Of a stretch of 64,000 nt of DNA, positions 45,719 to 54,360 are shown in pieces. Origin of the DNA: Escherichia phage PJNS034; the sequence record PP391266.1; one strand, written 5' to 3'. The position numbers and the translations under genes are program-made. The first letter of the stretch is position 1. Every line of letters begins with the position of its first letter. The notes under the pieces are model-generated. The model did no database searches, had not been told where the DNA came from, and worked only from the letters and a program-made list of their open reading frames with translations.

Positions 45719-45979
45719 ATGGCTGCGGGATATTTAGGCGGTGATTGTGTACACGGTGAGATTCAAGCCGTTGTAGATAACGCCGTTGACTTTGCCCGTT
45801 CTCAATTGAATTGTGGCGAGTCAGAAATGTTTTGTCTTGAATGTGATGAAGAAATCCCACAAGCAAGGCGTGAGGTTGCGAAAGGCTGCAAGTATTGTAT
45901 TACCTGCCAGTCTAAGCACGATAGAAAACAAGCCAGCCAATTCAACAGGCGAGGCAGTAAAGATAGTCAATTGAGGTAA
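45719..45979 (+). CDS. TraR/DksA-family C4 zinc-finger protein
   Basis: CLEC-x17-CITC spacing matches TraR/DksA C-x2-C-x17-C-x2-C finger. Confidence 0.5.
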   Translation: MAAGYLGGDCVHGEIQAVVDNAVDFARSQLNCGESEMFCLECDEEIPQARREVAKGCKYCITCQSKHDRKQASQFNRRGSKDSQLR

Positions 45980-45983
45980 TAGA

Positions 45984-46565
45984 ATGAGTCAGTGGTCTGA
46001 GTTTTACAAAGGGCGTCTAGGTGGACGCTATCAAGCCCACGTTTTAAAGCAGTATGCCCCATTCATCAATCGAATCATTCAGGCTGGGCGTGGTATCAGT
46101 TCGCCAGTGGTTAACTTCCGTGAGGAGGGCGCTGGTATTGGTACGGTTACGGCTATCCTGCAACAATATGCTGAGTCTCGCTTTGACTTAGACAACTGGA
46201 AGTTTGAAATGGTTGACCGTTGCCCTGAAATGGCTGAGTTAGCTTTTCAAAATACCGGTGTACGCTGTGAGATATTCGATATCCTTAAACGGCGTGAAAT
46301 GCTGGATTCTTTACGGCCTCACATTATCCATTCTCATGGTGTACTTGAACACTTCGAGGACGATGATATACGGGCAATCATTGACAATCAGCGTACACTT
46401 GCAAAGTCTTGTGTAATTGCATACGTTCCCACTAACGGCTATGAAAAGCCTAGCTTCGGTGATGAACGGCTCTTAGATGTGAAACATTGGGTCAAAGAGT
46501 TTAGACCTACAGATGTTCACGCTTTCAACAATGGCTGCGACCTGATGCTTTACTGGCGGGCGTAG
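45984..46565 (+). CDS. putative SAM-dependent methyltransferase
   Basis: 193 aa; FREEGAGIG resembles class-I MTase motif I, acidic FEMVD motif II; substrate unknown. Confidence 0.35.
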   Translation: MSQWSEFYKGRLGGRYQAHVLKQYAPFINRIIQAGRGISSPVVNFREEGAGIGTVTAILQQYAESRFDLDNWKFEMVDRCPEMAELAFQNTGVRCEIFDILKRREMLDSLRPHIIHSHGVLEHFEDDDIRAIIDNQRTLAKSCVIAYVPTNGYEKPSFGDERLLDVKHWVKEFRPTDVHAFNNGCDLMLYWRA

Positions 46566-46568
46566 TTT

Positions 46569-46580
46569 ACTACTGTGACG
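46569..46580 (+). repeat. 12-mer ACTACTGTGACG, copy 5
   Basis: Exact, 3 nt after stop of methyltransferase-like gene. Confidence 0.9.
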
Positions 46581-46688
46581 GGTGGCTCTTATGGTCGAGT
46601 ATGGTGAAGAAGATTTTGTTAAGGCGGCTAATCGCTTCTGGCTTTGGGTCGCTATCGTTGGGACTGTAATTATCTGGGCGGTGTGCTG

Positions 46689-46886
46689 ATGGAAGTATTA
46701 ACAATGTTCGCTGTGTTCGTCATAGAGCTTCTCTGGGTGCATCCTATGGCATTCTTCGCAGACTTAGGTGCTGCGGGTCACTTTGGCTGGTCTTTGGCCT
46801 TCCTGATGGTGTACGGGCTGTTTATCGCTACGTTGCCATACAATATCCTCAAGCTATTCATTAAACGTAAGGAAATCCCTGCATGA
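46689..46886 (+). CDS. small membrane protein
   Basis: About 65 aa, two hydrophobic helices; start uncertain. Confidence 0.35.
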   Translation: MEVLTMFAVFVIELLWVHPMAFFADLGAAGHFGWSLAFLMVYGLFIATLPYNILKLFIKRKEIPA

Positions 46887-47209
46887 TTACTATCGGAGAC
46901 CGTGTACTGTATCGTTATTCACCTGCTGGCTTACCTGTGTATGGTGTGGTAGCTGATGTGTTTCAAGGTGTTGCGGCTGTAAGGGTTAACATTGAGAACC
47001 CAAACCAGACAAGAAGCGGCACTAAGGCGCTAGTCATGTATCGTAAGGTGGAAAGCTGGGAGCCTTTGAGTGAGAAGTCGCCTCTTCACGATGATTTTGT
47101 GTTGCTTGTACTGCCTCATAACGTTCGTATTTGGATTGTTAAGCAGTTGAAACGACACTCCGTAACACCCGTCATGCTTGAAAAGCTGATGGATATGAGC
47201 CGAGTTTAA
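46883..47209 (+). CDS. hypothetical protein
   Basis: 108 aa ORF, ATGA overlap. Confidence 0.4.
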   Translation: MITIGDRVLYRYSPAGLPVYGVVADVFQGVAAVRVNIENPNQTRSGTKALVMYRKVESWEPLSEKSPLHDDFVLLVLPHNVRIWIVKQLKRHSVTPVMLEKLMDMSRV

Positions 47210-47217
47210 TCCGGCTA

Positions 47218-47246
47218 TTGACAACCTTCGGATGTGACGGTAAGCT
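47218..47246 (+). promoter_or_regulatory. weak sigma70-like promoter candidate
   Basis: TTGACA, 17 nt spacer, TAAGCT (poor -10). Confidence 0.3.
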
Positions 47247-47263
47247 AAGCCCAAGCGTCCGAA

Positions 47264-47331
47264 GGGAATATTACTAAGAAATAATATAAGAAAGATTATA
47301 TCTAACTATATTACTTCTTATTAATATTCCC
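47264..47331 (+). repeat. long inverted repeat: 17-bp stem (1 mismatch) with 34-nt AT-rich loop
   Basis: GGGAATATTACTAAGAA ... TTCTTATTAATATTCCC; left arm overlaps conserved element copy C. Confidence 0.55.
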
Positions 47332-47349
47332 TTACTTATTGGAGGAGTT

Positions 47350-47436
47350 ATGTTATCTCTTATCAAACTTCATCAAGATAAACTAATCATTGCACTGGTT
47401 GTGATTCTGTCCTGCTTGAACATGGATGGTGTGTGA
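47350..47436 (+). CDS. small hydrophobic peptide (28 aa)
   Basis: Strong RBS GGAGGAG then ATG; MLSLIKLHQDKLIIALVVILSCLNMDGV; TGATG coupling to next gene. Confidence 0.3.
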   Translation: MLSLIKLHQDKLIIALVVILSCLNMDGV

Positions 47437-47792
47437 TGCAGGGTGTTTATCTTAAACCTCGCATTCAAGACCACATTAAAGCGACTCTGGACTTTCACTC
47501 TGCGGGTGGCAAGATTAACGAGGTGATGGTGTTGGAGTTGTGTGATGTGATGCTGACCTTCGGCATATGTCTGCGAAATCATCCACCAGAAGCTCAAGGA
47601 CAGGCTCTAAAGGGTTGCGCTAGGGAAATGCTCAAGCGGATTAAATATCCTGCCCTGCGTATTCTGGTGCGTAAAATGCTAGTGCCTTTCGCTTTACCTA
47701 AAGGTGTGTTTAACGAGTTGGAACACATCATGGAATCCTGCATCAACGGGATGAATGAAACAACTCACCAAACGATTGAACAAAAGGATTAA
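47436..47792 (+). CDS. hypothetical protein
   Basis: 118 aa ORF. Confidence 0.4.
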   Translation: MQGVYLKPRIQDHIKATLDFHSAGGKINEVMVLELCDVMLTFGICLRNHPPEAQGQALKGCAREMLKRIKYPALRILVRKMLVPFALPKGVFNELEHIMESCINGMNETTHQTIEQKD

Positions 47793-47796
47793 TAAC

Positions 47797-48051
47797 ATGG
47801 CTAAGATTGCAACTGTGTGGTTTAACAAAACTGGTACTAACACTGTGTACCTCAAGCTGAATGGTAAGCTGCACAAGACTGAGGTGACTATCCCTCGTAC
47901 TCACCTTATCAGCGGTCACATGCTAAATGATGCTGTTAAGAAGAAGCTGGTCGAAGAAGCGATTCGTGCTGACCTCGGCTGTGGCGTAGTTATCGCTGAC
48001 AACCTCAAGAACTATCAACACAATGGGGTACGCTTCCAGTATGGAAAATAA
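47797..48051 (+). CDS. hypothetical protein
   Basis: 84 aa from ATG with RBS AAGGA. Confidence 0.4.
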   Translation: MAKIATVWFNKTGTNTVYLKLNGKLHKTEVTIPRTHLISGHMLNDAVKKKLVEEAIRADLGCGVVIADNLKNYQHNGVRFQYGK

Positions 48052-48052
48052 A

Positions 48053-48469
48053 ATGAAGCGTGTGCTTAACCTGTCTGCCGATAAGGTGAACGGGTATGTG
48101 TTTAAAGATAGCCCGTCTATCTACTGGTCATGGTGGCATGTATTGCTCACCGTGGCCTTTGTTGTATTGGTGGTGTTCGCTTTGTGTGCTCCATTCAGTA
48201 AGGCACACGCTGCATCATTCCCTGCTGGTGAGCATTTACAATGCCGCATTGAATTAGAAAGTGTTGGTGGTGGTCGTAAGCTGACGTTTAAATCTTACGA
48301 TGATTCACACATCAAACTTGCTAATAGTAATACTCTGGTGCTTCGCGGTGATGCTCAAGTGCCTGAGTCAACTGTTAACCTGAACAATGGTGAGTTGTTC
48401 GCAACAAGGGGTAGCTGGACTTATCGCGGCCTCTGTAAAAACGTAGATAATATCAGGATAAACCCATGA
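48053..48469 (+). CDS. membrane-anchored protein (N-terminal TM)
   Basis: TM segment WSWWHVLLTVAFVVLVVFALCAPF then soluble domain. Confidence 0.4.
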   Translation: MKRVLNLSADKVNGYVFKDSPSIYWSWWHVLLTVAFVVLVVFALCAPFSKAHAASFPAGEHLQCRIELESVGGGRKLTFKSYDDSHIKLANSNTLVLRGDAQVPESTVNLNNGELFATRGSWTYRGLCKNVDNIRINP

Positions 48470-48789
48470 AAAAGATTTTTACTACTGTGACGATTCTGGC
48501 TGGCCTGTTTGCTTCATCGGCTAACGCCTTTGTTTGCACTGGTACTGCTACCCATAAAGACGGTGGCACGGCTGACATTATCGTTAACACCAACGATATG
48601 GTGTTTGATGATGCTGTCGGTCTGTATCGTGCTGAAACTCAGTGGCATCCTAAGCTGGCCTCTACGCTGTATGTAGACCAGTCTGAAAAGACAATCGAAG
48701 GTGTTGGCTTCCGTGGCATGTACACCGCCGTAGCAGTCGATAGCAAAGACGTTATCATGATTGCTGACGACCTTGTTTGCTATGAGTAA
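48466..48789 (+). CDS. secreted/periplasmic protein (signal peptide)
   Basis: MKKIFTTVTILAGLFASSANA-F: Sec signal with AxA cleavage site. Confidence 0.45.
   Translation: MKKIFTTVTILAGLFASSANAFVCTGTATHKDGGTADIIVNTNDMVFDDAVGLYRAETQWHPKLASTLYVDQSEKTIEGVGFRGMYTAVAVDSKDVIMIADDLVCYE
48481..48492 (+). repeat. 12-mer ACTACTGTGACG, copy 6
   Basis: Exact, codons 6-9 of signal-peptide protein. Confidence 0.9.
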
Positions 48790-49174
48790 ACTTGAGTGGG
48801 CTTGGTATATCTTTGCAATTACTGCCATAGTTGCATGGGGTGTATGGCTCAATAGTCTGCTGTAAGCTGCCTAATGCCTGCCTCATTGGTGGGCATTGTG
48901 AAGCATACCGCTTCAAACAACATTCTCATTAATTCCCTTTAGGGACTATCGCTATGTCTGAATGGCAATCCGATAGCCAACTTGGAACCTGTCCGTGAGT
49001 TGAAAAGAATCCTCTATATGAGGGGTTTTGGGATAAGTAACGCAATATGGTAATCAACCTCAGGGGTGGGGTTGGTTATCTAAGTGTGTTTACGGAAATC
49101 ATTGGTCATTGAGCTAAAGTACCAGTGGTAACTGATAAGCATACTTAGACAACCAACTAAATAAGGAATCCCCA

Positions 49175-49453
49175 ATGAAAAGAATTGCAATGCTGTTAAG
49201 TGCTGTAATGCTGACTGGCTGTGTATCACTGACTGAGCAGACTGATAAAGAGTTGTGCTTTGGTTATGGTCGTGCTGAGTCAGAAGCGATGCGTGATGCT
49301 ATCTTGCAAGAGATGCAAGAGCGTCAGGATGCTGGTATGTTCCCGATTGCTATCGAGGAATGTAAGAAGCAAGTGTTTCGTGGTATTCAATCACGGAATG
49401 AATCAAACCTTCTATCTGCGAGCATGATTGGTGCTCGTTACCAACAACAATAA
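49175..49453 (+). CDS. lipoprotein
   Basis: MKRIAMLLSAVMLTGC lipobox (L-T-G-C); 92 aa. Confidence 0.5.
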   Translation: MKRIAMLLSAVMLTGCVSLTEQTDKELCFGYGRAESEAMRDAILQEMQERQDAGMFPIAIEECKKQVFRGIQSRNESNLLSASMIGARYQQQ

Positions 49454-49463
49454 GGATGTAACA

Positions 49464-49913
49464 ATGTCTCAAGTTCTGAATGATGTAAACCGCAGCTTTG
49501 GTTATGAGTTCTACGAAGAATCAAAAGCTCTGTCTGGTGTTCAAGGCTATCTGGCTGACCAGCCTAAGTTTCGTGTGTTCCTCAAGCTGCGTCGTCGCAT
49601 GATTGAAGGTGAACTGCGTCAACTGAAAGTGATGCTGAAAACTGCCTCTGGTCTGGATGCTGCCGCTATCTACAAGCTGCGCTCTGCACTGAAAGATGAT
49701 TTGCGTCGTATCGGTCAGCAACTGAAAGACCTGCGACTGCATACGCTGGGTGCTAAGAAAGCAGAAGCACAGCGTTACCTGAACGTAATGGCAATGCACG
49801 ACCAGTGTGAGAAGGTCGGTGTTGATGGTACAAAACTCCTGAATGAAGTACATGCTGAAATTCAGGCTCGTAAGGCTTTGGATAATGAGTCTCGCAAACT
49901 GGTTTCTGAATAA
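49464..49913 (+). CDS. hypothetical protein
   Basis: 149 aa from ATG with RBS AAGGATG. Confidence 0.4.
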   Translation: MSQVLNDVNRSFGYEFYEESKALSGVQGYLADQPKFRVFLKLRRRMIEGELRQLKVMLKTASGLDAAAIYKLRSALKDDLRRIGQQLKDLRLHTLGAKKAEAQRYLNVMAMHDQCEKVGVDGTKLLNEVHAEIQARKALDNESRKLVSE

Positions 49914-50102
49914 GATGGAAGCAGGGGTTGATTTGACCCCTGTTAAAAATGTAGGGCTGGTTAAGGCCAGCACCTCACACAATGGCGGCGTTAACTTATC
50001 TGAGAAAGAACGTTATCGTCGTCGTGAATTATCTGGAGGGATTGCTGAGCATCATTGCACACATCCCGGTTATCAAATCTTCCCTTCATAAGAGAGTACA
50101 AA

Positions 50103-50774
50103 GTGAAACGTCCTGAAACTGCAATCCGACCGTTTATGAAGTCCAGCATTGAGAAGCTGGAAGCTGGTCAACTGTTCTATGTTCGCAATGAGAAAGGTAG
50201 TGGTTATCGTCCTCGTTGCTTTGTTGGTGTGTTGCCTGATGGTAAGACGTATCAGTATCAGTCTTACATGAACAACGATATCTTTGATTCGGTTTATGAA
50301 GAACCGCATCTTGACGACCAGCCTGTGTTTGTCCCGAAACCATTTGCAATGAAAATCATGCAACGTGGTAAGGCACTGGCTGAGGAAGTTGCTGAGGTAT
50401 TCAGCGAGATTCCAGCGAACGAAATTCAACGTTCGAATCTGGATGAACTGTTCGACCGTCTGCCTGATGAAGTTATCGACTACGACGCTTATGAAGCGAT
50501 TCGTCAGGCTGTACGTCGTTTGGGTTGGCAGGACGCATCAATTGTTCGTCGTCAGAATGGCGGCTGGATGGTTGATGATGAAGCGTTTGAATATATGTAC
50601 AACGCTGTGACTGGCAAGGCTGAGCGTGAAGCAGCGGATACTACTGTGACGATTGCTCCGGTGGTTGATGTGGTTGATAGCTCGATTAGCCGACCAAAAG
50701 CTAATTCATTCGTTAAGAAGCTGAGCGGTTTCTTGTTTGGTAATTCTAAGCAAGGGGATAGCTGCGGCATCTAA
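50103..50774 (+). CDS. hypothetical protein
   Basis: About 223 aa; start uncertain (GTG 50103 or ATG 50136); contains in-frame 12-mer. Confidence 0.4.
   Translation: MKRPETAIRPFMKSSIEKLEAGQLFYVRNEKGSGYRPRCFVGVLPDGKTYQYQSYMNNDIFDSVYEEPHLDDQPVFVPKPFAMKIMQRGKALAEEVAEVFSEIPANEIQRSNLDELFDRLPDEVIDYDAYEAIRQAVRRLGWQDASIVRRQNGGWMVDDEAFEYMYNAVTGKAEREAADTTVTIAPVVDVVDSSISRPKANSFVKKLSGFLFGNSKQGDSCGI
50640..50651 (+). repeat. 12-mer ACTACTGTGACG, copy 7
   Basis: Exact, within ORF 50103-50774. Confidence 0.9.
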
Positions 50775-50785
50775 ACGGTGATTGT

Positions 50786-51235
50786 ATGAGTGTTGCAGCA
50801 ACAGCAGCATTTCTGTGTATGACGTTAGTTATTCACGAAGAAGCACGAGGCGAGCCTATCGCTGTGAAATACGAGGTAGGCCACGTGGTGAAGAATCGGA
50901 TGGATTCACGCCAGTATCCAGATACATGCGAGGCGGTTGTACTGCAACCCAAACAGTTCTCGTGGACAAAAACAAAAGGTGTACAAGATGAGTACGATTT
51001 GCGACAACGTTATTATCGCGTCCTTGACTCGCTCGACACTCCCCAAAAGCGACTTTCGTTTGCTGCTTCTCAAAGAGCGGCAGATGAAGTGCTCAGTGGT
51101 AAGCATAAATCTCGAATCGGAGCTGCGCTCCACTTCGTTACTCGCGGTCACTCAACTCATTGGGCGTCCAAATTTAAACGCCATACTATAGCAGGTATGG
51201 ATTTCCTACTCCCAAGGAAGAAGAAAAATGCTTAA
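50786..51235 (+). CDS. cell-wall hydrolase, SleB/CwlJ-like (Hydrolase_2 family); candidate endolysin
   Basis: HEEARGEPIAVKYEVGHVVKNRM...YPDTCEAVVLQPKQFSW matches Hydrolase_2 signature. Confidence 0.55.
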   Translation: MSVAATAAFLCMTLVIHEEARGEPIAVKYEVGHVVKNRMDSRQYPDTCEAVVLQPKQFSWTKTKGVQDEYDLRQRYYRVLDSLDTPQKRLSFAASQRAADEVLSGKHKSRIGAALHFVTRGHSTHWASKFKRHTIAGMDFLLPRKKKNA

Positions 51236-51431
51236 ATGGCTGTTCCGTCAGGGAAAAGACCTGAACTCTATTCTGGCTCCGCTTCGTAAGATGAAGCTGG
51301 AACTGGAAGAACGCCTCCACAAGAATGCTGATGATATTGTGGAAGCACAAAAGACCATCACCGAAAAGACCAAAGAAAATGGTTCTATTGGTGAAGCCCT
51401 GCAAACTGACCTGTTCAAATCTATCAAGTGA
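51228..51431 (+). CDS. hypothetical small protein
   Basis: 67 aa; RBS AGGAAG. Confidence 0.35.
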   Translation: MLKWLFRQGKDLNSILAPLRKMKLELEERLHKNADDIVEAQKTITEKTKENGSIGEALQTDLFKSIK

Positions 51432-51442
51432 GACAAACGACT

Positions 51443-52360
51443 ATGATTCGCACCCCATTCGGTAACTTCTCTGGTAAGACTATCGGTATCACTGCTGGCG
51501 TGATTGTGTTCCTCTTCATCCTGCTGCTGTTGAAGCCGTTCAAAGTTATCTCTGACACCGAGGAGGGTGTGCAGAAGTCGTGGTCAGGCCAGATTTACAG
51601 TCAACCAATGACTGCTGGCTTCCACTGGATGAACCCGTTCAACAGCGTCACAACGTTCCCAATGACGTATAAGAACGTTCAACTGACAAATATCGGCGTT
51701 CCTGCTCAGGACGGTTTCAAAACCACGATGGATATCAGCGTAACTGGTAAATTTATTCCGGGCATGACCCCTGCTGTCCTGAAGTCTACCGGTAATTCTG
51801 AACAGTTTGCAGCAGTGCATATCTCTAAACGTATCACAGCTAAGCTGATTGATGCTGGTAAGAAGCACGCTGTAATCAGTCAGAACTTCTACGATGAAAG
51901 CACTCTGAACAAAGTTCGTGAAGAAATCATCGTAACGGCTAACCAAGAGCTTGAGCCTCTGGGTTGGAAAGTGACTGCGGTTGAAATCAGCAACATCGAC
52001 CTGCCGGACGTTATCAAGAACGCTATCAGCGAGTCCAAGGTTCGTGCTGAACAGGTTAAGCGTCAGAAAGAATCCTTAGCAATTGCTGCTCTGAAAGCAC
52101 AAGAGATTGAGAAAGTTGCAGAGTCTAACTCTAAAGCAACTATCCTCGATGCTGATGCTAACGAGTACAAAGCTAAGAAAGAAGCTGATGCTAAAGTGTA
52201 TGCTGCTGCTCAGGAAGCAAAAGGTAACAAAGAAGTTGCTGCCTCTGTAACTCCTGCTCTGGTTGAATACATGAATGCTCAAGCTAAGATGAAGTGGGAT
52301 GGTCAGATGCCAACAACGAATGTTGGTTCTAACACTCCTGTCATCATGAGCATGAAGTAA
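51443..52360 (+). CDS. SPFH/band-7 (HflK/HflC-like) membrane protein
   Basis: N-terminal TM, SPFH core ...VTAVEISNIDLPDVIKNAISE..., C-terminal Ala/Lys coiled-coil. Confidence 0.5.
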   Translation: MIRTPFGNFSGKTIGITAGVIVFLFILLLLKPFKVISDTEEGVQKSWSGQIYSQPMTAGFHWMNPFNSVTTFPMTYKNVQLTNIGVPAQDGFKTTMDISVTGKFIPGMTPAVLKSTGNSEQFAAVHISKRITAKLIDAGKKHAVISQNFYDESTLNKVREEIIVTANQELEPLGWKVTAVEISNIDLPDVIKNAISESKVRAEQVKRQKESLAIAALKAQEIEKVAESNSKATILDADANEYKAKKEADAKVYAAAQEAKGNKEVAASVTPALVEYMNAQAKMKWDGQMPTTNVGSNTPVIMSMK

Positions 52361-52368
52361 TATACTCA

Positions 52369-52393
52369 AGCCCATCTATATGGTGGGCTTTAT
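52369..52393 (+). terminator. terminator/attenuator hairpin in conserved cassette
   Basis: stop-TATACTCAAG, AGCCCATC-TATAT-GGTGGGCT, TTTATGAAT. Confidence 0.45.
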
Positions 52394-52730
52394 GAATGTT
52401 ACTTAAACGAGGAACTAAAAGATGTTTGAATTTATCGGTGATTGTATTGCAACAACACTCAAGGCTGGATTGGGTGTGGTATTCATTGTGCTTATCTGGG
52501 TTGGCTTCCAGATGGCATGGAACTGGACGCTTGACCGTATTCGCTGGGGATTCAAATGAAAATTGAGTTCACTGGAATGAAAGGTGGTCAGCATTGCTTC
52601 AAGAAAGGGGCATTGACTTACCGCTTTAGCGAGGACGAACTCGCACAAATCGTTGGCTATGCTGTACGTATGGCAAAGGCTAACAACAACAAAACCCTGA
52701 AACAAACTAACTCCAAAAAGGACAAATGAA

Positions 52731-54128
52731 ATGCCAATCGTAACTATCGTAACTAACCGTAATAACTCTGAAACTAAGCGTGTTGAAGCTCAGTCAGGCG
52801 GTTGCTTCGGCTTTATGGCATCAACCTCTTTCTTCCGTGACCATCGCCGCGATGTTGAGTACGTTGGTTATCATATGGAGTCATCCAATCAGGCTAAGCA
52901 TTGTAGCGAAGTCTTTGATGGTAAGAATAAGTTATTCCCGTATCACAAATTCATGACCAACAATGAGTTCCATGCTATGTTCGGTGAGAACTTTGTGGAT
53001 ACTCGCCACGGTACTGTTAGTCACCACGGTTATGTGGTTGTTGAAATGCAGCCAGAAGGTTTTGAAGGTGTTGGTATTCCACAGGACATGTTCATCTCTG
53101 GTCTGTTCACTGCTCGTCAGTTGAGCTATGGCCTGTATCCGAACATGCGTGACACCATTAAGAAAGGTGTTCACCCAATGATGGCTTACGTTATCAGTGA
53201 GCTGATTCAGTGGGAAGATACAAGCACTGCTCTTGCTGCACAGCTTCGCTGGAAACGTCAGCGTGTTAGTTCTTCCAACATCGACAGCACAGCGTTCGGT
53301 AAGAAGAACCTGATTAACATGTTCAACTGCCTGAAAGGTAAGAAGCATGTGCCTTACTTCGGTCACGAAGGTGGCATCATTCAGCGTGGTGGTTACAAGC
53401 GTGACCATAACTTCAACACCTCTGCTGATAATCGTCCGGGTATTTATCAGACAATCACGGCGAACATGAACACTTCATCTGCACCGATTGAAGCTGATGA
53501 ACCAATCATCAACCCGTTCCACTTCTCTCCAGCTTACCTCGGTCATGTACTGAATGAACTGCTGGGTTGTGAAGTATTTGATATGTCGAAGATGCTTGAC
53601 CGTCAGGGTATGAAAGTTAACCCAAAATCTTCGGTGTACAAGTTCTACCAGATGCGTGATGTGAAGTTCCGTAAGTCATATCGAAAAGGTGATATGGTTG
53701 AAGTTCGTGCTGATATGTTCGGTGCTGACCAGTACATCAACCGTCACAACACTCCGCTGAGCAATCTGGTTTCTTATCGTCATGGTGAGAACAACACCAC
53801 TAACCGTGTTGGTTTCGTACCGGTTAAGACTCATGTTGAGAAGGTCAGCGTGAAGAACGGTGTGGAAAGCGTTAAGCTGGAAAACGGTTGCTGGGTATCT
53901 CCACGTTACATCAAAACTGCTGGTACTCATGCGGTTGAAGGTGTGAAGATTCAGGCAGGTACTGACACTCCGGTAAATGCACTGTATACAGTTCGTAATT
54001 CAAAAGAAGTGTATGCTGCACGTACCTTTGACTTGTTCGAAGCATCTGTTCGACTGATTCAGGTTACTGGTAACAGTATCGGTCAAGAGATTATCAAGCG
54101 TCCACGTGACCTGATTCCAGCGCTCTAA
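52731..54128 (+). CDS. hypothetical protein (first gene of amidoligase module)
   Basis: 465 aa; no motif recognised. Confidence 0.45.
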   Translation: MPIVTIVTNRNNSETKRVEAQSGGCFGFMASTSFFRDHRRDVEYVGYHMESSNQAKHCSEVFDGKNKLFPYHKFMTNNEFHAMFGENFVDTRHGTVSHHGYVVVEMQPEGFEGVGIPQDMFISGLFTARQLSYGLYPNMRDTIKKGVHPMMAYVISELIQWEDTSTALAAQLRWKRQRVSSSNIDSTAFGKKNLINMFNCLKGKKHVPYFGHEGGIIQRGGYKRDHNFNTSADNRPGIYQTITANMNTSSAPIEADEPIINPFHFSPAYLGHVLNELLGCEVFDMSKMLDRQGMKVNPKSSVYKFYQMRDVKFRKSYRKGDMVEVRADMFGADQYINRHNTPLSNLVSYRHGENNTTNRVGFVPVKTHVEKVSVKNGVESVKLENGCWVSPRYIKTAGTHAVEGVKIQAGTDTPVNALYTVRNSKEVYAARTFDLFEASVRLIQVTGNSIGQEIIKRPRDLIPAL

Positions 54129-54282
54129 TGGGTATTAATAAGACCATGACTACAGCGTTCTTTATCCTCGCTGTAGCATCGCCAATACTTGCCTGTTTCA
54201 ATACAACAGCAGCAGCATTTAGTGCTGGCATGGCTGTCTTCGCAATGCTTTGTTATGTTGTAGCGAACGGTTGATATACTCA

Positions 54283-54312
54283 AGGTCATTCACAAAGTGA
54301 GTGGCCTTTATG
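54283..54312 (+). terminator. terminator/attenuator hairpin in conserved cassette
   Basis: stop-TATACTCAAG, GGTCATTCAC-AAA-GTGAGTGGCC, TTTATGAAT. Confidence 0.45.
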
Positions 54313-54360
54313 AATATCATCTGCCAATAACGGCAACTTAAACTGAACGAGGAAACTACT

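Noticed and set aside
44840-45866. Minus-strand ORFs of 168 and 322 aa across the first early genes
   Set aside because: They overlap plus-strand genes that follow the strong early promoters; translations are low-complexity.
52415-52705. Minus-strand 96-aa ORF between the SPFH gene and the amidoligase module
   Set aside because: The plus strand here carries two short ORFs with RBSs (45-aa membrane peptide from about 52420 and 57-aa from about 52557), consistent with the plus-strand operon.
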